Source: Gemmatimonadota bacterium (GTDB taxonomy: Bacteria > Gemmatimonadota > Gemmatimonadetes > Gemmatimonadales > GWC2-71-9). Taken from it: a DNA stretch of 37,544 nt. Positions 27,585 through 35,578 of this stretch are shown here, in pieces (the stretch's first letter is position 1; each line of letters starts with the position of its first letter). The position numbers were made by a program, and so were the translations under genes. Location: positions 1 to 37,544 of the forward strand of contig JAPULP010000200.1 in NCBI GenBank assembly GCA_027294815.1. The letters are read 5' to 3'. Under the pieces are notes generated by a model, which saw only the letters and a list, made by a program, of their open reading frames with translations, was not told where the DNA came from and searched no databases.

Positions 27585-27656
27585 TAGGGTGTAGGTTGTA
27601 GGGTGTAGTCACCACCCCACCCCAACTCTGTTTCGATCCTGTCCGACTGTCCGACT
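27585..27656. repeat. Short-repeat tract between the SpoIID-like gene and the OM barrel gene: TAGGGTG/TAGGTTG/TAGGGTG heptamers, a C-rich stretch, and (GTCCGACT)2
   Basis: Direct reading: heptamers at 27585-27591, 27592-27598 and 27599-27605; CACCACCCCACCCC; octamers at 27641-27648 and 27649-27656. The octamer is the reverse complement of the AGTCGGAC unit seen at 15235. Confidence 0.9.
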
Positions 27657-27666
27657 GTTCTTTCCG

Positions 27667-28965
27667 TCATTCCATCGTAGTCAGCGTCGTCCCAGGGTAG
27701 TACGTATCCAGTATCGCCCGGCCATCCTGGCCCGCCCGTGCCCGTCCCATCGCACCCCACTGGCACATTCCCACGCCATGCCCCCATCCCGCACCAGCGG
27801 CGGTCAGTCGGGTGAGTCGATCGTTGGCCCGCTCCGCCGTGAGTTGCACGGCGGTGCTGCCGAGGGCACGGCCGCCGGGTTCTTGAAACACGGCGCGTAT
27901 GTCGGGGCCAAACACCGGAATCTCTCCCTGCGCCACCTCGACCCGGATCTCGGTAGCCCGACCGGACGTGCCGGTACTCCGTACCTCGACGTTACGAATA
28001 TTCGACACGAAGTAAGCGTCGATACCCAAAGCTCGAGGCATGGTGGTCTTCAGCATGTCAGTCAGCTCGGCGCCCGACCATTCGACCTTCCAACGAAACT
28101 GGGGCGATCGTTCGCAATAGTATCCGTTCCCAAAGACGTCCGAAACCGACGCCAGATACGGCTGCGAGCGGACGTTTCGAAACGATTCTTCCGCCTCAGC
28201 GGTCGCAAACCCACACGTCGAGTGAAAGAACGCCGTGATGGGACGGCCGCCCAGCATCATCACCAACCCCTCCGTGGCCCGTACCGCTCGACTGCTAATA
28301 TCGGATTCGTTGTATACGCCGCGGTAAGCCTGATCCGACACGCCGGCGCGAAGGTCGAAACCCAGGGCCCCGAAACGCCCCATATTAGCCATTGCATACG
28401 TGCGCGAAGCAATCGCCTGAGCCTCGAGCGCGGCTCGCTCGGACTCCGGTCGACGCCCTAGCTCCGCACCGATGACCCCCGCCACGTACTCCTCGATCCC
28501 GATTTCGTTCACCACGGTCACGGTCCCGTCGCGCTGAGTCACACGCACCGTACCGCGGTAGGAATTCCCGTCTACAGTGACCAAGCCCCCGTCGCCGCGA
28601 AACTCCAACGAATCGAACTGGCCGGAACCACGCCCACCCGCCGCCGACACCCCGTCGCCGGCGGCGGTGACGTTCACCGACTCTCCGGAACCCAAGCGGA
28701 TCGCCACCCTGCCGTTTTCCTCGGCGATGACGGCACCCCGAGACCCGACGCGGACGGTGGCAGCCCCAACGACGATCCCGATACGCACGCGCCTTCCCGA
28801 CAGCCGCGGCCCGGCGAGGGCGAGGGCGGGGGCGGGGGCGGGGGCGGCACCGGCTCGGGGTCCGCCTCCCGAGGCGCAGCTAGTGAGGCCCATGCCCCCT
28901 ACAACCACCGCGGCGAGTTTTTTCAGATGGGTTCGGCGGCTTTCCCGCGGGCCAGACTCCGCCAT
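27667..28965 (-). CDS. SpoIID/LytB-domain protein (peptidoglycan remodelling), probable lipoprotein
   Basis: C-terminal GHGVGMCQWGAMGRA motif. Lipobox in LAAVVVGGMGLTSC. The ATG at 28965 overlaps the rimO stop (TGATG). The ORF-track extension to 29094 is rejected. Confidence 0.85.
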   Translation of the reverse strand: MAESGPRESRRTHLKKLAAVVVGGMGLTSCASGGGPRAGAAPAPAPALALAGPRLSGRRVRIGIVVGAATVRVGSRGAVIAEENGRVAIRLGSGESVNVTAAGDGVSAAGGRGSGQFDSLEFRGDGGLVTVDGNSYRGTVRVTQRDGTVTVVNEIGIEEYVAGVIGAELGRRPESERAALEAQAIASRTYAMANMGRFGALGFDLRAGVSDQAYRGVYNESDISSRAVRATEGLVMMLGGRPITAFFHSTCGFATAEAEESFRNVRSQPYLASVSDVFGNGYYCERSPQFRWKVEWSGAELTDMLKTTMPRALGIDAYFVSNIRNVEVRSTGTSGRATEIRVEVAQGEIPVFGPDIRAVFQEPGGRALGSTAVQLTAERANDRLTRLTAAGAGWGHGVGMCQWGAMGRARAGQDGRAILDTYYPGTTLTTME

Positions 28966-30281
28966 CACGAGATGGCTACGGCTCGGAAATCGTAATCGAT
29001 GCACTCCTCGATTCGGCTGCGAACGAACTCGCCGGGTTTGGCCCAACCTCCTCGTACCACGGTCGTCACGCCGTCCACGTCGTCCGCCTGCCACATGACC
29101 CGCCCAACGTGAGTGGCGCCGCTGTCATCGGGCTCGATCACGCTTTCGATCAGCACGTCGGTTTCCCGGCCTACGTATCGGCCGAGGCGCTCCTCCGAAA
29201 TCATCCGCTGCAGGTCGAGGAGCTGTTCCTGCCGCTCCCGTTTGACGTCCTCGGGAACGTCGTCGGGATCTTGCGACGCTCGAGTCCCTTCCTGCTCCGA
29301 ATAGGTGAAGACCCCGAGTCGTTCGAAGCAGATCTCGTCCGCAAAATCGAGCAGTTCGGCAAAATCTTCCTCCGTTTCCCCCGGAAACCCAACGATAGTC
29401 GTGGTGCGAATGGCAATATCGGGAACGGCGTCGCGAAGCCACACGACTTTTTCGCGGATCGTCTCTTTGCGCTCGGGGCGTCGCATGCGTTTCAGAACAC
29501 GGTTGGATGCATGTTGGATCGGAATGTCGATATACGGAACAATACGTTTCTCCGATGCCATCAGATTCACCAACTCGTCGGTCAAACCCGCGGAATAGAC
29601 GTAGAGGAGCCGGAACCATGGAACGGAGGTTCCCTCGAGCAGTGCGCGCAACAGATCCGTAAGCGTCGGTCCTTCCCTCCCGTAGTCCCGCCCATAATGA
29701 CCGAGGTCTTGAGCCACCACGTTGATCTCCCGGGCGCCTTGGGCTTCGAGTTGCTGAGCCTCGACAACGAGTCGCTCGAGGGGTTCGGAGCGGTGCTTGC
29801 CGCGCATCAAGGGAATGGCACAAAAAGCACAGGTATGATCGCAACCCTCGGAGATCTTCAGATAGCGGACGTGGGTGTCGTCGCCCAAGTAGTGGCGCAC
29901 GCCTGGATGCTCCGCGATGGGATCTTGTATGAGACCCCGGGCGGCAAGCTCTGGAGCCAGCTTGTGCAACTCCCCGAAGTTCAAGAAGAGATCGACCTCG
30001 GGAATTTCGGCCTCGAGTTCCTTCTGATATCGCTGCACCAAACAACCCACGGCGACGACCGCCTTGACCACGCCGTCCTTCTTCAGCTCGCCAGCGGCGA
30101 TCATCGCCTCGATCGATTCACGTTTTGCCGCGTCGATGAAGCCGCACGTGTTCACCAACACGACATCCGCCGTCTCCAACTCGGAAACGACCTCGGCGCC
30201 GTGTCCCACCAGCTCCCCGACGAGACGCTCGGAATCCACGGTGGCCTTGTCGCAACCCATTGAGATGACACCGAGTCTCAC
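28965..30281 (-). CDS. rimO: Ribosomal protein S12 methylthiotransferase RimO (radical SAM, MTTase family)
   Basis: UPF0004 N-terminal domain (GVISMGCDKATVDSE...VLVNTCGFI), radical SAM motif LKISEGCDHTCAFCAIPLMRG, TRAM-like C-terminus. GTG start. Confidence 0.8.
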   Translation of the reverse strand: MRLGVISMGCDKATVDSERLVGELVGHGAEVVSELETADVVLVNTCGFIDAAKRESIEAMIAAGELKKDGVVKAVVAVGCLVQRYQKELEAEIPEVDLFLNFGELHKLAPELAARGLIQDPIAEHPGVRHYLGDDTHVRYLKISEGCDHTCAFCAIPLMRGKHRSEPLERLVVEAQQLEAQGAREINVVAQDLGHYGRDYGREGPTLTDLLRALLEGTSVPWFRLLYVYSAGLTDELVNLMASEKRIVPYIDIPIQHASNRVLKRMRRPERKETIREKVVWLRDAVPDIAIRTTTIVGFPGETEEDFAELLDFADEICFERLGVFTYSEQEGTRASQDPDDVPEDVKRERQEQLLDLQRMISEERLGRYVGRETDVLIESVIEPDDSGATHVGRVMWQADDVDGVTTVVRGGWAKPGEFVRSRIEECIDYDFRAVAIS

Positions 30282-30352
30282 GGGCTGGCCTGCACCGGTG
30301 TGGGCTGGGGAGCTATTTGCATAGCGGGAATATAGAGACTAGGAGATCGAGG

Positions 30353-30432
30353 GGCAGTGGAGGCAGTGGAGGCAGTGGAGGCAGTGAGGGTTACGGTTCA
30401 TCTCCACCTCCCTGCCCACTGCCTACTGCCTA
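30353..30432 (-). repeat. Inverted pair of tandem arrays forming a long hairpin immediately after the sigma factor gene (probable terminator)
   Basis: Read on the - strand: TAG(stop)GCAG TAGGCAG TGGGCAG GGAGGTGGAGA, a roughly 13-nt loop, then (TCCACTGCC)x3-4. On the + strand this is (GGCAGTGGA)x3 plus GGCAGTGAG at 30353-30388 and CTGCCCA/CTGCCTA/CTGCCTA at 30412-30432. The stop codon at 30430-32 is part of the first heptamer. Confidence 0.85.
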
Positions 30433-31287
30433 CGTAAGAAAGCTCTCCAGCGCCCGTGCCCGGCTTACGTGCCGGAGCCGGGCCAGAGCTTTTTCTTTTA
30501 TCTGGCGGACTCGCTCGCGGGTAATCCCGAGCAGCCCTCCAATCTCCTCGAGCGTCATTGCCTCTTGGGAATCGAGGCCGAAGTAGAGCCGCAAGATTTT
30601 CGCTTCACGTTCTTTCAACGTGCCGAGAACCTCTTCGATGGAATTGCTAAGCGCCCGCTCGAACGTCTGATCGTCCGGCCCGGGGCTTGTCTCGTCGGGC
30701 AGATAGTCGAGGAGCTTGTTGTCCTCACCGGGGGTGAGGGGTGCATCGAGCGAAAGGTGACTCCGAGAGATCGCCAGAGTCTTGGCGACCTCGTCTCTCG
30801 GAATGTCCATCCCCTCGGCGATCTCTTCGATCGTCGGCTCGCGTCCCAGCTCTTGCTGCAAAGCCGACGATCGCTTGCCGATCCGATGGAGCGTGCCCGC
30901 CCGGTTCAAGGGAACGCGCACGATTCTGCTCTGCTCTGCCAGGGCCTGAAGAATGGCCTGACGAATCCACCACACGGCATACGAGATGAACTTGATGCCT
31001 TTGGTCTCGTCGAATTTGTGGGCGGCGCGAATGAGGCCGAGGTTCCCCTCGTTGATCAGATCCGACAGGCTGACGCCCTGGTTCTGATATTTTTTGGCCA
31101 CCGAAACCACGAACCGCAGGTTGCTGCGGACGAGTTTGTCGAGCGCCTCCGCGCAGCTCTTGTGGATCTCGACGGCCAGCGAGACCTCATCCTCGCGCTT
31201 CAACAGGGGATACTTGCTGATCTCCCGCAAGTATTGGTCTAAGGAGCCTTCTTCGTTTCCAATTTTCTTGGCAGCACCTACTCGCAT
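30430..31287 (-). CDS. rpoD: RpoD-family primary-like sigma factor (short form without region 1.1)
   Basis: Region 1.2: SLDQYLREISKYPLL. Region 2: DLINEGNLGLIRAAHKFDETKGIKFISYAVWWIRQAI. Region 4: MTLEEIGGLLGITRERVRQIKEKAL. The ATG at 31287 is preferred over the TTG at 31356. Confidence 0.85.
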   Translation of the reverse strand: MRVGAAKKIGNEEGSLDQYLREISKYPLLKREDEVSLAVEIHKSCAEALDKLVRSNLRFVVSVAKKYQNQGVSLSDLINEGNLGLIRAAHKFDETKGIKFISYAVWWIRQAILQALAEQSRIVRVPLNRAGTLHRIGKRSSALQQELGREPTIEEIAEGMDIPRDEVAKTLAISRSHLSLDAPLTPGEDNKLLDYLPDETSPGPDDQTFERALSNSIEEVLGTLKEREAKILRLYFGLDSQEAMTLEEIGGLLGITRERVRQIKEKALARLRHVSRARALESFLT

Positions 31288-31587
31288 AGAACCCGCAATC
31301 CCTCCGCGATGCTCGGAAGAGCCGTGTGCTTCAAGTAACCGGTATCCATCCAGCAATTACTGCCTTCGCGAGTACCGGAGTTGTAACCGTCGCATATGAA
31401 CAAACGCCAGAATCGGTCGCACAAGGGTTCCGACGTCTGGAAGAGAATCGGTTTGACTGTATGGAGTCCCGAGATCCTGACGTTGGAAATCCCAACATCA
31501 TCGAGTGACGGGCGGTACTGCCCGGAAGGTGTCGAACGTTCAGTCGTCGCAAGTCTCCGAAGCTCTAAACTAGGTGGTTACATTATG

Positions 31588-31857
31588 TTAGCGGCTCTTG
31601 GGATAAGGCGCAACTGCCACGGACCAACCCCGAGCGCCCGCCCAGGTCCGCAGTCCGCGCTGGAGTTCGGTGCGCGAGCACTGGTGAGACAACCGTATCG
31701 CGACGCAACACGCCGTGTCGGACGCCTCGAAATCGGCCTCAATGACGCGGCATTCCGGCATATCGCACAGCGCCCGATCATCCAGAACAGCCCCACCCGC
31801 ATTGACAATGACGGCCACGGAAAGGTTGGAGCTCATGACCAACAACATGCTCGTCAC
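31588..31857 (-). CDS. Possible small protein (about 82-89 aa) of unknown function between the NtrC-type regulator and the sigma factor gene
   Basis: This is the only ORF in the 31288-32014 gap with coding-like third-position G/C (about three quarters by hand count). Candidate starts are GTG at 31857, ATG at 31848 and ATG at 31836. None has a good Shine-Dalgarno sequence. No recognisable motif. Confidence 0.3.
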   Translation of the reverse strand: MTSMLLVMSSNLSVAVIVNAGGAVLDDRALCDMPECRVIEADFEASDTACCVAIRLSHQCSRTELQRGLRTWAGARGWSVAVAPYPKSR

Positions 31858-31910
31858 CAGCAGAGAGGGAGTACGCGAGGTTATGCGGATGGTGGCGAAC
31901 TTTTGCGAAG

Positions 31911-32017
31911 TAGGGTGTGGGGTGTAGGGTGTGGGGTGTAGGGATTAAGGTGCCTGATTCGGGGATCGAAGGCTGCCACGAATGACACAAAACCTACACC
32001 CTACACCCTACACCCTA
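31911..32017 (-). repeat. Inverted heptamer arrays flanking a roughly 50-nt loop directly after the NtrC-type gene (probable terminator or REP-like element)
   Basis: On the + strand, TAGGGTG TGGGGTG TAGGGTG TGGGGTG TAGGGAT at 31911-31945 and (CACCCTA)x3 at 31997-32017. On the - strand the gene's TAG stop (32015-32017) is the first triplet of (TAGGGTG)x3. The arms can form a perfect stem of at least 12 bp (GGGUGUAGGGUG with CACCCUACACCC). Confidence 0.9.
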
Positions 32018-33370
32018 TTTTCTCTGCAGCCCATACTTGTCGATCTTCTTGTAGAGATTGCTGCGGGGCATGGCCAGCTTCCGCGCTGTTTCGCTGACGT
32101 TCCAGTCATTCTCGACTAATTTCCCGAGCAAGAACGCCCGCTCGGCTTCGACCTTGAACTCCTCGAAGGTCTCGCACTGCGCCAGGGTACCGACGTCGTC
32201 GTCGACCCCGGCCGCGGCGATCCGCTGCACGTCTGAGACCTTTACCTCGTCACCCACCGACAAGATCATGAGTCGTTCCACCGCGTTCCGCAGTTCGCGC
32301 ACATTTCCTGCCCACTCGCGCTGTTCGAGCGCGGCCACCGCGTCGGCGGAAAACTTCTTGGAGCCGAGGCCACCGTACACGGCGAGGTCGCTCACGAACC
32401 GCTCGATCATCGGCGCAATATCCCCCCTGCGGGCGCGGAGCGGCGGCACCTCAATGGGTACCACATTGAGACGGTAGTAGAGATCCTCGCGGAAACGCCC
32501 GTTCTCGATCTCCTCCTCGACTTTCTTGTTGGTAGCGGCGATCACGCGCACGTCCACCTTGGCCGACTTCGTGGCTCCGATGCGGGTCACGACACCTTCC
32601 TGCAGAGCCCGAAGCACCTTTGCTTGGGCGTCCAGACTCATGTCGCCCACCTCGTCGAGGAACAACGTGCCCCCGTCAGCCTGTTCGAACTTGCCGGTGC
32701 GATCGGCAAACGCCCCGGTGAACGACCCTTTCACGTGTCCGAACAACTCGCTCTCGATCAGCTCGCTGGGGATCGCCGCGCAATTGACTTCCACGAACGG
32801 CTTCGCGGCGCGTGGAGATCCGGTATGAATGGCGCGGGCCACCAGTTCCTTCCCTACCCCGTTCTCGCCGGTGATCAGCACCCGCGCCTGCGTCGGAGCT
32901 ACCTTCTCGATCACATCGAGCACATCGCGGATCGCCTTGCTCGAACCCACCATGTCATATTGATCAGCCACGCTCGCGCGCAGACGTTCGTTCTCCGATT
33001 CGAGCGCGATGCGGTCGAACGCGTTGCGTAACGTGAGGAGAATGCGATCGGTGTCGAGGGGTTTTTCGAGAAAGTCGTACGCGCCGAGTTGGGTGGCTTC
33101 CACGGCAGTCTGAATGGTTCCGTGACCCGAGATCATCACGACTTGGGCGTTGGAATCCACTTCCCGGAGCTTCGCCAAGGTCTCGAGGCCATCCATGCCC
33201 GCCATCTTCACATCGAGCAACACGAGGTGTGGGTGGAATTCGTCGTACGCATCGAGCCCCTCGGACCCCGACTCTGCCGTCCGCACCTCCATGTCCTCAT
33301 ACTCCAAGAGCTGCTTGAGCGCTTCGCGCACTCCCCGCTCGTCGTCCACCACGAGTACCCGTTTCGCCAT
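32015..33370 (-). CDS. Sigma-54-dependent response regulator (NtrC family: REC, AAA+ and Fis-type HTH domains)
   Basis: REC domain: MAKRVLVVDDE...LVLLDVKMAGMDG. AAA+ domain: VLITGENGVGKELVARAIH, GSFTGA, GGTLFLDEVGDM. HTH: NVSETARKLAMPRSNLYKKIDKYGL. The ATG at 33370 overlaps the upstream stop (TGATG). The ORF-track extension to 33649 is rejected. Confidence 0.9.
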   Translation of the reverse strand: MAKRVLVVDDERGVREALKQLLEYEDMEVRTAESGSEGLDAYDEFHPHLVLLDVKMAGMDGLETLAKLREVDSNAQVVMISGHGTIQTAVEATQLGAYDFLEKPLDTDRILLTLRNAFDRIALESENERLRASVADQYDMVGSSKAIRDVLDVIEKVAPTQARVLITGENGVGKELVARAIHTGSPRAAKPFVEVNCAAIPSELIESELFGHVKGSFTGAFADRTGKFEQADGGTLFLDEVGDMSLDAQAKVLRALQEGVVTRIGATKSAKVDVRVIAATNKKVEEEIENGRFREDLYYRLNVVPIEVPPLRARRGDIAPMIERFVSDLAVYGGLGSKKFSADAVAALEQREWAGNVRELRNAVERLMILSVGDEVKVSDVQRIAAAGVDDDVGTLAQCETFEEFKVEAERAFLLGKLVENDWNVSETARKLAMPRSNLYKKIDKYGLQRK

Positions 33371-34032
33371 CACTGCACCCGCCGGAAGAAGGTCACTTTG
33401 TTGGGCTCGATGCGGATCTCGGCGATCGTCGAGGGAACGCCAAAGAGCATCAGGCCATCGTCCCCACCCGTAATCCGATTTACGATGGGTGGGATCAGCG
33501 GTCCGGGAAGCGGGACGTCGCGAACTGAGAACTCCATCGGCTCCCACGCCAGCACGCCGCGGCGCATGACGCGGGCCGGGCCGGCCGCCCGCAATGGCTC
33601 GAGGTCCTGTAACAAACCGCCCAAGAGTCCAAGCTGATCCTTCCCCCACACAGCGGTAACCAGCTGCGCTTCCATTATAAACCGACCCGGCTCAAAAGTG
33701 ACCGTGATGGAATCCAAGGCTCGGCGGCCCATGGGATCGAGCCCGTCGCGGATGAGCGACGCCATCTCCGCGGCCGAAAGCGCGACGAACTCCGGCCCGT
33801 CGATCCGGGCGATGCGTTGATACTTTGCCACGGCCGACTCGCGCGCTTCGGGAGACGCGCTTCCCGGCCCCGCCACGAAAACCTCCTCGGCGACCGTGGT
33901 CTCATCTTCACGAAAAGCCCGATACGCATCCGCCAGCTGGTCACGGTAGATCCAGCCCGCCGCCGCTGCCAGCACGAACAGCGTCGCGCAACCAGCCATC
34001 GCGAACATATTCTTCAGGCATCCAGCGATCAC
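33370..34032 (-). CDS. Membrane-anchored hypothetical protein
   Basis: N-terminal hydrophobic helix (MFAMAGCATLFVLAAAAGWIY) followed by about 190 aa with no motif I recognise. Start is either GTG at 34032, overlapping the thpR stop, or ATG at 34008. Confidence 0.6.
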   Translation of the reverse strand: MIAGCLKNMFAMAGCATLFVLAAAAGWIYRDQLADAYRAFREDETTVAEEVFVAGPGSASPEARESAVAKYQRIARIDGPEFVALSAAEMASLIRDGLDPMGRRALDSITVTFEPGRFIMEAQLVTAVWGKDQLGLLGGLLQDLEPLRAAGPARVMRRGVLAWEPMEFSVRDVPLPGPLIPPIVNRITGGDDGLMLFGVPSTIAEIRIEPNKVTFFRRVQ

Positions 34033-34589
34033 TACGCTAGCTCCACGCTCGCCAACCGTTCGTAATGGGGACCTTTGGGTCCCAAATGACTCCCAATCAG
34101 ATCGACCGATGCGATCGGCGGTTCCTCGAAAAATTCCAAGCGCACCAAGTCCTGCTCGAGGCCCTTCAGCTCGGCCGGCCTAGCCTCTCGCCGCACACGG
34201 CCGATCGTGATGTGGGGCCGAAACGCCCGCCCGTCGGTCTCAAAGCCTAACTGCGACATCTCCCGTTCCACCGCGTCTGCCAGCAGTTCCAACACCGGCG
34301 GCGTCTCACATCCTACCCAGAGGACGCGCGGTCGTTTCGCCGACGGGAAGGCGCCAAACTGCCCTACGGGAAGCCCGAAGGTTTTGGTGTCAGCCACGGC
34401 ACTCCGGAGACCCACCCCGATGGCACCGGCGCGAGCTTCATCCACCTCGCCGAGGAACTTGACGGTCATGTGGATGTTGTCGGCGGCCACCCATTTCACC
34501 GGATAACCGGCGTCGCGCAGCGGTGCTGCTTCACTCCACAGGCGCTTGCGCATGGCGTCGGGGAAGTTGATGGCGATGAAGAGTCGCAC
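34032..34589 (-). CDS. thpR: RNA 2',3'-cyclic phosphodiesterase (2H phosphoesterase, ThpR/LigT-like)
   Basis: Two HxT/Sx motifs (HMTVKF and HITIGR) at the expected spacing. GTG at 34589 with GGAG upstream. The ORF-track extension to 35018 is rejected because it overlaps the upstream membrane-protein gene. Confidence 0.85.
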   Translation of the reverse strand: MRLFIAINFPDAMRKRLWSEAAPLRDAGYPVKWVAADNIHMTVKFLGEVDEARAGAIGVGLRSAVADTKTFGLPVGQFGAFPSAKRPRVLWVGCETPPVLELLADAVEREMSQLGFETDGRAFRPHITIGRVRREARPAELKGLEQDLVRLEFFEEPPIASVDLIGSHLGPKGPHYERLASVELA

Positions 34590-34633
34590 GGGGCTACTCC
34601 AAAGGCCCCTCCGCCCGGAATGGACAGGACAGC

Positions 34634-35119
34634 CTAGGTCGCAGCGAGGCCAACTAGGCCGAGGCCAGTGACGATAAGACTGACGTGAGCAACGATCAAC
34701 ACCAACCTTCCTCGCGAAAACGGGTCTGTCAAACCGGTTGGTACCGGCATCCAGCGAAACCAAAACCAGGCGCCAAGGACCACGCCGAGCAGAACGCCGC
34801 CGGTGACCAACAGCCAACCACTGATTGCAACGTTGTTTTCTGGTAGAGCAGTGACGCATATAGCCAAGAGCGCCCCCGTCACCAATGTTGATGGGACGAC
34901 TAACCCGTAGCGCAACCGCGGCCATCGAAGGCTGAGCCCTAAGATCGTCGGCATCAAGAGCCAGCCTCCCGCGAGGCTCCTCCCAATCGCGGGGCGGGTC
35001 TGCAGCGTGGCCTGGCAAAGGATCCAGATCAATGCCAGGACGAATGCGCTGGTGATCGCGAGTCGCAAGACCCGTCGGGCGAACCTCGGGTCAGTGGTCA
35101 TCTCAATGGGCGGCCGCAT
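34634..35119 (-). CDS. Polytopic membrane protein, unknown function
   Basis: Four to five hydrophobic helices (AITSAFVLALIWIL..., GGWLLMPTILGLSL..., LVTGALLAICVTAL..., WLLVTGGVLLGVVLGAWFWF..., LVLIVAHVSLIVTGLGLVGL). ATG at 35119; the alternative is 35101. Confidence 0.6.
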   Translation of the reverse strand: MRPPIEMTTDPRFARRVLRLAITSAFVLALIWILCQATLQTRPAIGRSLAGGWLLMPTILGLSLRWPRLRYGLVVPSTLVTGALLAICVTALPENNVAISGWLLVTGGVLLGVVLGAWFWFRWMPVPTGLTDPFSRGRLVLIVAHVSLIVTGLGLVGLAAT

Positions 35120-35148
35120 GAGGAGTCGGCGCTCCGACACAATGGCCC

Positions 35149-35562
35149 TTAGCCTTGGGGCACGGGATCTAGCTCGCTGGTCCGGGCGAGCATGAGAAAC
35201 CGGACGAACCCTATGAGAAATAGCACGTCGAAGATTGCGAACCACGCGAAGATCGCGTCCGGCAACTGTCCGATTGCCAGGTAGTACACCGCGACCGACG
35301 AGTAGACGGCTTTGTATATGACCCCGAGCCTCACCAAATCAATGTTGCGGAGCATGTTGCGGTATACGAACCAGTAGCCGATGCCCTGGACGAAAACAAA
35401 CCCGGCCATCAGATGAATGTAGGAGGTACTGTTTGGAAGCGCGATGTCGAGGAAATCATAGACCGGGCCGTACAGAAGAAAAAAAACAGCTCCGAGGATC
35501 AGATCGTACAATGCGGCAACCAGAAAGAACGTCTTGAAGAATTTCACTAGCTTGGTAGCCAC
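35149..35562 (-). CDS. Small four-helix membrane protein, unknown function, in an AT-shifted segment
   Basis: 137 aa: MATKLVKFFKTFFLVAALYDLILGAVFFLLYG...; rich in F/Y/L/I. Located 16 nt downstream of the radical SAM gene. Visibly lower G+C than its surroundings (for example AGAAGAAAAAAAACAG near 35474-35489). Confidence 0.7.
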   Translation of the reverse strand: MATKLVKFFKTFFLVAALYDLILGAVFFLLYGPVYDFLDIALPNSTSYIHLMAGFVFVQGIGYWFVYRNMLRNIDLVRLGVIYKAVYSSVAVYYLAIGQLPDAIFAWFAIFDVLFLIGFVRFLMLARTSELDPVPQG

Positions 35563-35578
35563 TTTCGTAGCCTCCTTT

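Noticed and set aside
29109-30263. 384-aa ORF antisense to rimO. The same reasoning applies to 35673-36452, antisense to the radical SAM gene.
   Set aside because: The radical SAM CxxxCxxC motifs and domain order are on the - strand. The + strand ORFs are artefacts of open frames.
31396-31941. 181-aa + strand ORF filling the gap between the NtrC-type gene and the sigma gene
   Set aside because: The translation is Arg/Ser/Gly-rich and runs into the heptamer array. Its composition is not coding-like, and the - strand small ORF is the better, though still weak, candidate.
30353-32017. Interpreting the short-repeat arrays as CRISPR arrays
   Set aside because: The units are 7-9 nt and directly tandem, with no unique spacers. 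Array lengths are 21-36 nt and no cas genes are in the window.
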